A stretch of 63,500 nucleotides of DNA, filler included, from Craspedostauros australis (taxonomy: Eukaryota), in NCBI GenBank assembly GCA_030167865.1. It is 11 parts of 11 records of this genome, joined end to end, with 100 filler letters (N's around TTAATTAATTAA, not from the genome) between each part and the next. Parts side by side here need not be neighbours in the genome. Positions count along the whole stretch, not along the records: positions 19,764 to 48,977 come from JALAGF010001565.1; 10 more parts are not named here. One strand, written 5' to 3'. A program made the translations under genes and the position numbers. Shown here piece after piece: positions 35,543 through 48,197 of this stretch. The notes under the pieces were generated by a model that was not told the DNA's origin, searched no databases, and saw only the letters and a program-made list of their open reading frames with translations. How positions within the stretch are numbered: position 1 is the stretch's first letter; each line of letters opens with the position of its first letter.

Positions 35543-37552
35543 TCACAGGAACAGGCAGATCACAGATACGGATGACAGGATCGTGGCAACGGAAGCGAAT
35601 ATCGACAAAGTGGAAGCAGGCGATGAACCGTTGCCAACCTCAAAGCGCGAAGAATTGGAACCCTCCCAGTTGTTCGGGTCTGTGCCGTTGCCCTTGAGTT
35701 CGTCGCTGGTGAGGTTCGCGGTTGGTCCGACGTATTGGTAGTTGGACGCACGTGGCAGGACCAAGTCGAATTCCTCCGATCCCTCTGGAAGGTAGGACTC
35801 GTTGGGTCCCAATGGTGGTGACTTCTCACTTGGATTCGTCCAGGAGCCGGTGTATGTGAGGGAGAAGAGTGGGTTGGGTTCACCGTTCGCCTTCTCGCAG
35901 TAGACGTGAATCTGCTCACCCTCTGGCGAAAGCGAGAAGGTTCCGCTGAGTGGCTTCCAGTCATCCGTCAAATTCATGCCCGGCCCGACTCCGAAGAAGG
36001 TTCCTGGCGACAGGAAGCGTTGTTGTACAATGAGCTGTGGTTGGCAGTCGTCAAAGTGGGAGATGGGAATGGGATGGCAAGCAGACGGAATAGAGTGCCG
36101 GACAGCGACGAGCCAGTATCATCGTGTTGATGTGCCGTGATGTGCATTGGATGATGACCATCCAGCAATATGAAAAAGATGAGATGGACTGTTGGAGGGG
36201 CGACAGAAGAGGCGCGAATGTTCCCATTGAAAGCGCGACGATGGGTGCGTCATTGGATGCAACGGTGGAGAAGTGCGGCACAGTACCAATACGTTGCATT
36301 GCCATATGGACGGAGGAAGGCAATGCGACGCAACACAATCCAACGACATCAAATCACATCGCACCAATCGAGTCAACATATCGAAATTGGCCACACGTCA
36401 GAGATTGCGTACCTTCAATGTTCCATCAGTGTCAGGATCGGTGTCTTGGAAGCCAGTGCCATCCCAGGCTTTGTCGGTAATGAAGAGTCCAAAGTCTGCC
36501 GCCAGCTCGACGAAGTTGAAGAGCGCCACCATGTCCGGATCCTGCGAATTGAAAAGGAAGATTCCAAGATCGCCCGGTCCCAAGCTCTCGCATTCGTTCG
36601 GGGAGAAGGTGGGTGGTTCGGTCTGAACATCCTCGCATTCCTGATAGATGAGGCGCTCGCCTCGTGCCGGCAGCGGCTTGGGCGTTCCATACACGGCCGC
36701 GGCCAGCTCCGGAAAATCGATGAAGGGGTTGCGGTTGCCTTGCCATCCCTCGCAGGCACGTTGGTTGCGGAACTCTTCGGCATCGTCCGCCGGATCCTCC
36801 TTGTGCCATGTGAGCATTTGGGAGAGGTAGCCCATGTCCTTCTCGCGGTCGAAGGGGCAGTCGGTCAGTCGCAAGTCCAACGTATCATCGTCGCTGCCGT
36901 CGTATCTCACGTCCATGTACATGAGGGCACGGGCGATGTCGCCCTTCTTGGCGGCGGGCGGGTCGTAGAGACGGTTGCAGACGCAGGTGTCGTTGGCGCC
37001 GCCCTCCGCGGGTGTGACGCAGGTATCCTCTCGCACGAGGACGCCGCATTCTCCGAACAGCTTGTCGGTGCGGATCTCAGTCGATAGCTGGGAGGTTGCT
37101 TTGAGGTTGTGAAGATCGGAGAAGTCCGGTCCGGTGAAATCGATGCCCTTTTCGAGAGGGAAGACATGCTCCTTGACCCAGAATCTGGTTCCGAAGGGTC
37201 GCGATTCGATGGTGTCGTCGGAGTAGAGGAGAGAGACGTTGCCCCTCTTTTCGCCCACGCGATCCATGTCGATGAGGGCATCCCAGACATCGTTGGAGCC
37301 GGAGTTGGTGATGTTGGTGAACTTGACGACGTTCCTGTGGCTTGCCTTGATTGCTCGGAAGATGTCCTCCTTCTGCCAGGTGGTCGGATCGCCAGTCAGG
37401 CCATACGCCTCGTAGTACGTCGAGATATTGCAGTCTTTGTATCGCACTGAATCCATTTCATCCGCCAACGCCGCGCTTGGTGACAGCGCAGTGGTGGCAA
37501 AGAGCAACGGCAGGTGGGCTGCCAACATGGTAACAATTGAACTGGATTTCAT
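35543..37552 (-). CDS. Secreted endonuclease I family nuclease with predicted GPI/membrane tail; exons 37552-36413 and 36034-35543
   Basis: Signal peptide plus KEHVFP, SDLHNL, KGDIARALMYMDVRY and WHKEDPADDAE..RN..QGNRNPFIDFPEL. Phase-0 intron 36412-36035 (GT...CAG) joins in frame to an exon ending in a hydrophobic C-terminus. Confidence 0.9.
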
Positions 37553-39541
37553 GTCCTTTCGCTTCCTTCGCCTTTGTTGTCGTTGCGTTGTTGTGTGGAT
37601 GTTGTGGTGCGATCACTCGTACGCCACTCCTATGCTACTTGACCCTGCTATACTCTGCTGAAAGAGTGCACAATGCCTCACAACTTGGTGGATGGGATGT
37701 TGATGTGTTGCGCAGTTGGTACGATTGGTTGTCTGCGTTGTGCGAGCTGCTCGTATTGGATTATGTCGGTGCTGGTCTGCGGTGCGGCACTCTGTCGGAA
37801 CTGAATTGTGCGTCCCCGTCAGGTGCTATGGTAGTGAGCTTTGTTGGGGTTTGGCAAGATTGATGACAGCTCGGGCATTCGAAAGGGACACAAATGATTG
37901 CTTTTGTCTCTCTCCTTTTGTGGATTGTGGATTGTGACGGCTGGTTGGTGGTTGATGTTGTGGAGACTGGCGAGGTTGTCAATCGATGTTGCCTGCGATG
38001 ATGACGTTGTTGTACGATGTTGTACGATGTTGTGTGGTGTTGTGTCGTGGATTCCTCTTTGTTCCGAATCTGGAGGGCCGAGGTGGAGTATCTCAACGAA
38101 TGTGGCTCTTGGCTTCGACTTGTCTCTCTCTCCCACTGTCTCTCTTGCTTCACTTTGCTTCGGAGATGTCAGGCCCACGCTCTCTTCGTTCTCTTCCCTT
38201 TCTTGACAGAACTCCATCCGAATCGCACCATGGGCTCTCTGCTCCATGCGGGATGCCTCCCTGTCGTGTCTTCGAGACGTGATGGATTGCATTCGGAACG
38301 ATGCACGATGCCATCACGAGCGCAAAACCGATCTTGGGGAAAGAAATGACCACAACCAAAAGCCAAATTTTTGAGCGCTCCGGCATCGGTCGAATGGATC
38401 AAACAGTCTCAAGTCGTGCGAAATTGTCGAGCGAAAATGTCCGAACGGAAAAACCCCGCACAAAAACGCCCGCTTTCCACCCGGACTTGTGAAGTCGTGG
38501 ACAATTTTGTCGTGTCGCTTTTTTGTCTTTCTTCGTGTGTGAAGCGTGTCGCACAAAACCAACTTCGACGTTGTGTTGGGAGAGGCGATAAGAAGTCCCG
38601 CCACGACTAAACTTGAAACCGCAATTTACTGTCCTTGTCTACACCATCGTATCTAGAGAGAGAGGATTCAATGGTTTCGTCGAGAAGAACTGAAACAAAT
38701 TGAATCAACAAATGAATGAAGAGCATCACCTCGCACTGTCTCTTGCAACCCCAAACTAATGCTCATGCGCATGCGACGAGTAGTACAGCATGCTATTAGC
38801 TCGTATTGTACTCTATGCTGGAATGGTAACAAAGTCGTCCATGCCGAACAACCACAACAACAACAATGGCAACAAGTGCAACGACAACAACAACAAGTGC
38901 GACAGCAACAACAAGAGGAAGAGAAATGTGCCGAACGTATCGCAAGGCGCCCAAAAAGTTCGCGGTGTCAAGTGCGCACTTACAAAAGATACCTTTTCTG
39001 ACGTGACACCAACACGTCACGTCCATCACAACGCCACGTCTCCCATCTTCCCATGTTCCAAATTCCTTCTGCGGTTCGTCTCGGATGTTTACATCGGCAC
39101 TCTCCCATCGTCGCCGTCGTTGTCGTCGTCATCGTCGTTCTTGTTCTTCTTCTTCTTCTTCTTGACATGATGTCAACATGAGGAGTTCATGCATCGATGA
39201 CGATCTTCATCAATGTTTGTGTGTTGAACGTTGGTTATTGATGCTGTGGCTGCAGCCCTCGCTGCTGCTGTCGAGCTCGATGCTCCTCTCCGCCAAAGCA
39301 ATACCGATACCAATACCAACAAAACACTCTCGTCCACATTCTTCTTGCTATCATCACTTTTTTGACGTCGACAAGATCCACAAAAGGTGTTTGGGTGTAA
39401 TAGCGCTATTCATCCACAGATCAGCCGCTCCTTACGTATCGAGAACAATCCCCACCAGCGGAACTACTGTTGCGTACCATACTATTACATAGAATAGAAT
39501 ACTATTGTTCTTCATCGGAGTGATCAACGCCGCACATCAAT

Positions 39542-40477
39542 ATGACAAAGTCAATGACAATGCCACTGTCCAAGGCAAGAAAACAAACAGAAATGAGTGC
39601 ATCACTGAGGGCGGTTCCTCGTCGCAACGCCGTGTGGAGCTGTGCCATCGGCATGCTCGCCCTGCATTCTGCCACGGCACTCTCCTTCATCGGCCCCGCA
39701 GACAGCAACAGCGGACCTGGACGCAGCGAATTCGGCACACGCAAGCTCAACGAAATCACGCAGTTGAATGCTGCCGCTGGAATTACTACGCCGGCACTGC
39801 CAACGACAGCAACGGATGCTGTCGTCTCCACCACGCCGACAGAAACCAAATGGATTGACTTGGGATCTGGAAAATCGGTCGAAATCGTCGTGCCGCACCT
39901 TTCCGGCGATGCCTCCCCGACGATCCCACTCACCGATGTCGCCATGGCTCGCATCTTGGTCGATTGCCCGTCGCTGGTGCATGATCGCAACGTGTTGGAA
40001 TTGGATGCGGGGCTGGGTCTGATCTCATCTGCCATCTGCCAATTCACAAAACCCGAGCACGTCGCCGTGACCGATCCTGACACGAGTATGCTACGCCATG
40101 CCTATCGATCTTGCACGCAATTGCGTCGGCCCAAATGCAGCGTGTCCAGGTGCGTCATGGATTGGCAGGACGTCACCACGTGGCCGAATCAAGAGTACGA
40201 CATGATCATCGCGTCGGATGTGCTGAATCTGCAGGATGACGCATCCTTGCATGCGCTTGCGGATGTGTTGGCGCATTATTTGCAACAGTGCGACGACATC
40301 GAAGATGACGACGAGTGCGACATTTTGATGAAACGGGCCGTCATCGTGGACCCAATTGAGGACGGTGAAGCTCGAGCCAGGTTCTCTAAGATGGTCCGAA
40401 GCGTCGGTCTCAAGGTCGAAGAAGCGCCGTTCCCTGATGCTGTGGACGATTTCGTGATTCTGAACATTACCCCATGA
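39542..40477 (+). CDS. Methyltransferase-16 (lysine methyltransferase)-like protein with N-terminal signal/targeting peptide
   Basis: RNVLELDAGLGL (motif I), VAVTD, MDW and YDMIIASDVL. Confidence 0.8.
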   Translation: MTKSMTMPLSKARKQTEMSASLRAVPRRNAVWSCAIGMLALHSATALSFIGPADSNSGPGRSEFGTRKLNEITQLNAAAGITTPALPTTATDAVVSTTPTETKWIDLGSGKSVEIVVPHLSGDASPTIPLTDVAMARILVDCPSLVHDRNVLELDAGLGLISSAICQFTKPEHVAVTDPDTSMLRHAYRSCTQLRRPKCSVSRCVMDWQDVTTWPNQEYDMIIASDVLNLQDDASLHALADVLAHYLQQCDDIEDDDECDILMKRAVIVDPIEDGEARARFSKMVRSVGLKVEEAPFPDAVDDFVILNITP

Positions 40478-40716
40478 TGCGCCAGGTACAGCTTCCGCCT
40501 CCGCATCTGATCATGCGGTGCCACACAAGGGTATTGATAGTATGCACATGAGCATGAGCGTGGTCACCCAAACATGCGAAAGAAGCCTGCCAAGTCAATA
40601 CAAATATAAATGGGATACTTTAACAACCATGCCTGGTCGTAGAGGAAGAGTTGAGCATTGCTACGTGCGTAATTACCATACTGTGCCGTTCCTCGAGCTC
40701 GAGAAAGAGCCAAACT

Positions 40717-43700
40717 TCATCTCCAGTACGGTGCCATTGGCCAGGTCGACAGATACTGCTTCAGATTGCGAATGTCCGAATATGACGTCATCACACCAGG
40801 ATCGTTGGACGTCGCTTCGTAGTCTTTGGTGGAGGTGTGGTTGTAGACACGGGAAATCATGGCACGTCGTTCGGGCGCATCGGTGGCAAGGTACGTGTCA
40901 AAGATCTCAATCAGCCGCTCCTTCAGCATCTCAGGAGTCTTGCGCGCATTTCCGGCCATGGTAGTCGGCGACAGATCGCTCGGTTGATCACCATCACCGT
41001 CGATATTGCTATCGCCAGCCCCATTGACATCGTCGCTGTCGGCGTTTGCCGAAGCAAGCGTAAGCTCATCTGCTAGCTTCTTGATTCGGTCAAACGGTGG
41101 CGACGACGCATCGTCGCCGTATCCCTGCGTTGCGACGATTTCTCCCCAGAATAATGTTGCCTCAGATGACATCTTCGTGGGCCCTTCCGTGAGCTGCGTC
41201 ATGACACCCTTGGCTTCTGCAGCGACGGCAGCGGGGTCCATCTCCTCCAGTTCCTTGCGGAAGGTTTTCAGCCATTCCTCGACACGCTCTTCCAAAACCT
41301 CCGGCAGCGTGCTGCTGCTTTGCACGATGATCGTGATGCCCCAAGCGCCGCCTGCGGTCTTGCGAGTAAACGCACTGACGATGTACCCGAGCTGCTCTCG
41401 TGTGCGAAGCTGAACGTATGCAGAGTTGTACGCCATGCTCGCAAGCAGATCCAGCGCGGCGATGCCTTCGTAGCCAAGGAAGAGGTTGCAACCGACCTGG
41501 AAGGTGGCCTCCACAGCGTTGTTCTCTTCGCTCTCGCTGAATGCCAACTCCTGATACTTGATTGGGAAATTCGCATTCTCCATTTCTGCACCAAAGATCA
41601 CAACAGCCTCTTGCTTTGTGGGAAGTTTCATGGAGCGGAAGCTCAGCATTTCTGCCTCATGCAACGGTCTGGATGATTTCAAGAATTGCTTGTCGATCAC
41701 ATCCAGAACCTGCCGCGTTCCGTCCTTGTCGATGTTGCCGAAGCAAATTGCATCGCCCTACGAGGATGATACATCCAGGCGGAATGGAAATATATTATTT
41801 GAGACCAAGGCAGTCACAGTCACAGTCGCAGTCGGATATAATAGTATGGTAGAGTGGTCAGTACGAGGATGTGGACACAAGGCAGTCGCATGAAACTGAG
41901 ATTGGACCCGTTTCTTGGTCGAGGCAGGAGTGCAAGCCATGTTCTCGTCTCCTGTTGGTTGGCGAATGAGTGCGACGATGAGTACTCCTAGTGGAGCTAC
42001 GTAATCCATCTGTGAGCCATCCCCCCGCCCATCAAGTCAATCAATCCACCAGGCAACCAAGCAACAAAGCGTTTACGGTGGGGTGCGGAAATACTGAAAC
42101 GTTGCAAACACAACGACGGTGAGACTTACAATGATTCGGCCAGTCAGTGAATGCTCTGCCACCACGGCGCATTCCTCCAACGTCAACGGATGGGCATCTG
42201 CCAGCTCCCCCTCCATCTCGTCCATGTAGTTCTCAATGTACCAGACATTTTGCTCCATGATCAGTCGCGAGTTGTACATGCACACTTCGTAGGGCGCGTC
42301 CAAACGGTAGTTCCTGGTTTCGCGCAGCAAGTTCTCCTTTGCCTTGAGGAAAAGAGCCTGCAGGGATGGGTGCTTGTCTGACCCTTCCTTCATCTCATCA
42401 ATGAGACTGCGAATGCGTGTCGTGAGGGTTTCTAGCAGCGCAGGGAGTTTCTCGGAGTATCCACGGACGCTGAGGCTGTAGCCGGTCGGGCTGCAGGCGA
42501 CGTTGTAGTTGCATCCTGCGATGCTGGCGTCGTAGACGAAGGAATTGAGATCGTCGTTGAGGACCCGTTGGAAGATGCGGCTCAAGGTTATGGATCGCGG
42601 AGAACTGTAAGGGATTGGCGACATGGTGGCGAAGCGGATGGTGGTCTTTGGCACTCTCCACGATTTGTCCATCTTGTGCCACATGCGAAATCCAGGTTGT
42701 TCGTGCACGAGCGTTGGTGGGACCTTCTTGTTGGCCTCACGCTGTGCCATCGTCATCGTGGCATGTTCCTCATCATCGTCACATCGCAATGAAAAGTCGC
42801 TGGGGATGAATTGATTCAAGGCTGGGACGTGCAGCGCAGGATGGATGGTGGAAGGCGTTTCCCACTGCTCCATCTGCTCCTGAGAGATGTCGGATGTGCG
42901 GTAGTTCGCTCCATACCACTTCTCGGTCTTCCATTCGCCATCGTCATTGGCATCCTCGGCTTGCGAAATCAGTCCCGAATCAGTAATGGTGACCATGCAG
43001 TTCTGCGGTCGCAATCGGTCCATGAAGACTTCCGCTACCTTCTGATCGTACTCGTCGCACTTGGAACCAGCAACAAGCAACTCATTCTTGGGCATGTCGG
43101 TGTCAAACATGACGTCGGCGGCGGAAGAGCAAAAGTCGGTGGGGTCGCCATTCTCACGAAACTTGAATTGATTGGCGGACATCTGACGCAGCTCGTTGTG
43201 GTACTTGACCATGAGATCTGGGTCGCTCAGCAGCGTGGTCCTGATGAGCGCGAGGTACTGGAAGATGAGGCTCAGGACCTCGTCCTTGGCCTCCATGCCC
43301 TTCGGCGTGAGTGATAGGGAGACGCTGAACAAGGAAAAGTCTGACGAGTCTATGGGTGTGCCCGACGTCAATCCGACGACGTAGCCCATGTCGTTGAGGA
43401 GGCTGTGGAGCGATCCGGGAGATTCGTGTCCCAGCAGATGGCTGATGACGCGATGCGGCTTGGTCCGTTTGAGCACCGGGTCTTCCATGGGCGGCGTCGC
43501 GAACATGACCTTGAGCGAGCGTGCTTCCAGAAGTGGGACGACCTCGCGGATCTTTCCCAGCTGATCGGTACCGAATGCGGGGTTTTCTGGTCCGTACACC
43601 GCATGCTCGCGAGGGAAGACGGGTGAGTTTGGGTTGGATTTGACGCGTCTCGGTGGTTCGTCGGAGTACGCGACCTTGCCGAAGGTATCTTCCACAATGC

Positions 43701-45051
43701 GTTGCAACGCATCCAACGATGAGCATCCAGCGACGGACAATCTCATGTTGCTGGTGGTGTAGTACTTGCTCCAGAACTTTCGGAGCAGCCCCTCGGGTGA
43801 TCCTTCGCTGGTCAAGGTTTCGTAATTCCCGCAGCCGAAGTTGGAAAAGGGATGTTCCTGGTTGCTGATCTCCTTGAGGAACTGGTAGTTGCGCCAAGCA
43901 TCGTTCGTCCTGTAATTCCGGTACTCGGAATCGATTGCACGCAACTCACGCTCGACCATGCCTGATTCGAACTTGGGCGCAATGAAGAACTGCGACAAAC
44001 GATCCAGCCCTCCACTCAGCCCTTCGCTGATGGTGTCAATATCGTGGCCGCATTCGGAGGTGACTGAGAAGTAGTAGTTGGTATCCTCCATGTCCGTGTA
44101 GGCATTGCCCGAACCGCCGAATTTGGACAAGAATGATTCGTAAGCATCTTCCTCCGGATACTTTTCAGTGCCAAGGAACTGCGACGAGAAAAAGGAGAAA
44201 GATGAGAGCACCGGTGGTGGGGTCGGTAGGTTGACAAAATTCCATGGGCAACGGTAGCAGTAAAACGTGTGAGTGGATGAGCACGACGGATGTCATCTCA
44301 GCACGCGAATACTATACGTCTCTGCTTGCATGCAATGAGATGCCGACGGAGATGTCCATGATGTCGTGAAGAGCAGAACGCTGTTGGAGCTCTCGCAAAA
44401 TGGACTGCCATGCCATGCCATGCCTGCAGAGTTCTTTGTACAAATACTCGAAGATGGCCACTTGCTCATGTTCGTACAACCGCAACTTACCAGCATGTGC
44501 TCGTGGAAGTGCGCGAGGCCTGCGATGGTATCATCGAAGTGACCAGCCTGCACGTGGATGGACGCAGCTTCCACCGTTGATGTCTGGCCGGACGCCGCCT
44601 TGGCTGTGCTGACCAAGAGAACCTCGAGGTTGTTGGCGAGCTTGACGTATCTGTACTCTCTCTGGTCTCTGTCGGGCTTGACGAAGTCGGCATCATCCGC
44701 CACCACCATCGTGGCGGATGCAGCTGAGGCCGATTGCGCATCGGCTGTACTCTGTTCGCTTGTGGCAGACGAGAAGAGTCGGGCGAGCGCATTCTTCCGT
44801 CTTCCATTGGTTGGTCTTGCGAGACCCGATGGAGTGTTGAATGCAACAGCACCATCCGCGCAACTCGCAGCGCCTCCAAAGTTCCGCCTGGCACGGCCAA
44901 GGAACGAGAAGAGAGGCAATGGAGAAGGAGTTGGCGCCGACTGCCCGAATGCACGCGGCAGGAACAGGGAATTTCTCGTTACGAAGGACTGCACTGCGGA
45001 TGCGGAGATGAACATGATGCTCCACCTCGCCATGATAGATCGCTTGAACAT
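40717..45051 (-). CDS. Insulysin/pitrilysin-like M16A metallopeptidase; exons 45051-44491, 44178-42130, 41757-40717
   Basis: HxxEH motif GLAHFHEHML|FLGTEKYP across phase-0 intron 44490-44179, plus GGSGNAYT, LLGHESPGSL and QLRTREQLGYIV. A second phase-0 intron 42129-41758 keeps the frame. Confidence 0.95.
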
Positions 45052-45588
45052 GATGCTTGTCTCTTCTCGCCTTTGCTTGTTCTTCTCTTCTCTCCTCTCC
45101 TCTCCTCTCCTCTCGATTTGATTTGAGTTGTCGCGTGTTTGACGCAGATCGCAGAACACAACAGCAGCGCGATGATTCCCTGAAGAATTGGAACCGCTCA
45201 GACTTTCAACCTCAACCTCAGTGCCAATGCCAATGTCGATGTCGCCACACGCCAAGACAATACTACAGTATGGTATAATACCTGTCACGATGGTTACTTC
45301 GGTCCAAGAAGAGCAGTGGGAAGTATCGAACGAGTGGAGCACGTGTACGAGCTGAGAGACGTGTCAGGATGCGAGGAAGGAGGCACGATGTGTGTGGATT
45401 GAGTGATGGGAGGATGGTTGGATCCATGTGGAGCCCATCATGCCGCGTCATGTCGAAATAGTCTGCCTGTCACGTTCTTTTCCAAGAATTCTGTTTTTCT
45501 GCGTTTGCGCGCATTTTGTGGTGTTTGCGTTTCTTCTTCCTGAAGTCGAACCAGTCGAGAGCATTGACACCGAGCTTGTCGGGATACA

Positions 45589-45738
45589 TGACGTCATCAT
45601 GACGTCACTATATCCAACATTTCGCGTCTGTCTTCGTAGATAGATACGGAAGTGTAGACAATGTCTACAATGGCGGTCTTGATTTCGATTCCGATGAGGT
45701 GTGACATCTTGTCACATCAGAAGTCATGTCTTGACTTC
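45589..45738. promoter_or_regulatory. Cluster of dyad elements including two TGACGTCA (CRE/bZIP-type) sites
   Basis: TGACGTCA at 45589 and 45600, TGTAGACA-a-TGTCTACA at 45653, TGTGACA-tct-TGTCACA at 45700 and GAAGTCA-tgtct-TGACTTC at 45720. Lies between divergent genes. Confidence 0.4.
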
Positions 45739-46650
45739 CGTCAATTTAGCGAATAGAATCAAGAAACGCATGGCACAATCACGACGTAGAAAAGTGCTAT
45801 GGTGGCTTCAAGCCTCCTTTCTCTTCTGCGATTGAGTGGACATGGTTGCTGCCGAGACCACAGCTTGTGCGTCGCTTCAGTGGGTGATGAGGGTTACTAC
45901 TTCGATATTAGCTCGTACGCGGAGGGTACTCTTACACTGTCCAAGGGAGCTTGGTTTGGTGGGTGTCAGTACTCGCACGTTCTTGATTGTGTGTTGGTTG
46001 TGGGGGTGTGGTTGGGAAGTGTTTGGGTGTGGTTGATGTCATTTTGGCGCGTTGTGGGTGTTGGCGCGTTGTCGTGTGAAGATTTGAGCGTGTCCTCAAC
46101 GCAAGTGTTGGGAGAAAAGATGGTCCTTCCTGCGCATTTTAGTTCGAGCAGAAATAACAAGATGGAATTGTGTTGTTGTTCTGTTGTGTTCTGGTCTGCA
46201 TTCCAGATTCCCTTCTTCCTTCTCTTCCAACTTTGATTCAAACAAGTCTCAAACCGGATCCAAGAACATCAAAACCCGAACGCGGATTCTCATTCTTCTG
46301 ACACACACGCCGAAACACAAACACACACACAAACGAGTGTCCCACAAAACCTGACACTTCACCAACATCGAGACAGAGGCAAAGCAAAACCTGAGCATGA
46401 TCCACGTTCCGCAGAAAACACGATCGTTTCATCTTTCGGGTGTTGCTCTGTTTCCATCATGTCAACAACACACGAGTGCAACCACGAAAATGTACCAGTA
46501 TGATCATGAACATCTGTGTCCACCGATTCAGCAGCAATGGGCTCAGGCTTTGATCCTCCCATAATCCTGTGTCCACAACTCTCCATCAACGAACCAACCA
46601 AGACAAAACCAAACCAAAACCACGAACATCAGCACAAAGGATCCACCACC

Positions 46651-47868
46651 ATGAACCCCGACAATCACACGGATATTCGTGACACCGACGACGGAACAGA
46701 TGAGGCACAAACCGCACCCACCATTCCATCGGATATCAGCAAGTATGAGAGCACCTTCAAAGATAACAAATTCTGGCAACGCAATACCAGCGATGAAGAT
46801 GTCAAGGACATGCTCAATCGGAGTGTGCTGGGGTCGGGAGAGCCCACGGGCGCACTTTGGGACCCGCTGATCGCGACCAGGAAGAAGATCATCGAACTCG
46901 CAAAGGGTATTGTGTCTACACTCTCCTCATTGCAGAGGTTCGCGAGCAGAGGGTGGCTTTCCGATGAGATAAATCCACTCGGGCGATGGCTTGCCGACGA
47001 GACACTCGTCCAACGTACAGACGACAGCCCGCGGTACATCAACGCGGACTTCGTCTGGGGGCACATCAAGGGCATGCGCATGGCATGTGATGACGAAAAG
47101 ACACTCAATGAGTCCATCCTACGTGAACTCAGGGTCTCTCAGATTTCACACGTTAACACGGTCTTGCATGACTGCGACTATCGCTCTCCGTCATTCTTCA
47201 TGGGCAATCCAAAGTTTCATCACAACGGAATTGACGGTCGGCAGCCAGAGAAAGTCTTTCTCCGCCGACTTCGCATGTACGGGTTGCTGCACAACGTCTT
47301 CGTCTACACAACAGGAAACGGTAGCGGCAGGACAACTGAGCTTGCTGCGAGTGCGCCCTTGCGAGATTGCGTCATCAGCATCGTCACCACCGCAGACAAG
47401 GACATATCTTCGGATGCTGACTTTTGGCAACGATCAGATGAATGTAAAGAGAAGCTCAAAGTTCTTTTGGATGAAGTCATCAAAGAAAATCCGATGGCTC
47501 TCCGCGTCATCATCAACGCGATGAATAACTGGATGGATCCCAGAGCAAGTGATGGATCTCAAGGAAGACCCAAGCCTGTTCGAATCCTGTTCTGTCTCGA
47601 TGATGCACGCGATTTCCCAAATCTGATCCAGGGAATCGTAGACAGCAAAGAGAACGTAGGAGACACGATGGGAAGGTACATCGCGAGCGGATGCGATGGC
47701 AAGCTGGGTGAGGATTGCAAGACAGAGCGACGCATTGAGGTCGTCTTCTCTGTGGTTGGCACAGGGCAATACGGAGACTCAGTTGGATCCCTTCCTCCAT
47801 ATTATGATTGTTTGAGCCCCAGTGGTTACACGTTGAACAAGACGTCGTCGGATACGTCGTCAGACTAG
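46651..47868 (+). CDS. Hypothetical protein with degenerate P-loop NTPase-like motifs
   Basis: ~405-aa ORF from CCACCATG, with VYTTGNGSGRTTE (Walker A-like) and ILFCLDDA (Walker B-like). Confidence 0.6.
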   Translation: MNPDNHTDIRDTDDGTDEAQTAPTIPSDISKYESTFKDNKFWQRNTSDEDVKDMLNRSVLGSGEPTGALWDPLIATRKKIIELAKGIVSTLSSLQRFASRGWLSDEINPLGRWLADETLVQRTDDSPRYINADFVWGHIKGMRMACDDEKTLNESILRELRVSQISHVNTVLHDCDYRSPSFFMGNPKFHHNGIDGRQPEKVFLRRLRMYGLLHNVFVYTTGNGSGRTTELAASAPLRDCVISIVTTADKDISSDADFWQRSDECKEKLKVLLDEVIKENPMALRVIINAMNNWMDPRASDGSQGRPKPVRILFCLDDARDFPNLIQGIVDSKENVGDTMGRYIASGCDGKLGEDCKTERRIEVVFSVVGTGQYGDSVGSLPPYYDCLSPSGYTLNKTSSDTSSD

Positions 47869-48197
47869 AATATTTCAACCTTCTCTGGACTGTTGGGTAC
47901 CCTTTCCCAAGCAAAAGGTGAAGGATCCGGTCAAGACTGGGAATCCTCCTGGATATGGAATGTACAAGTTGCGGAGTGATGGCGCTGAAGACCCAGAAGG
48001 AGTCATCGCAAACACTCGACTCAAGCAATACGGACAACCATAAGAACTCTAGAGAGCACTCGCGCTCAGTTTAATTTGTGTTGCTACGCTTTCATTGAGA
48101 TTGTTCGTATTAGTATTGAGCAAGGCACACAGGCATCTATCTTTCGTCTGCTGCACCGTCTTCCGATTCCGGCACCATCGATCAATCGATCGTTCGA

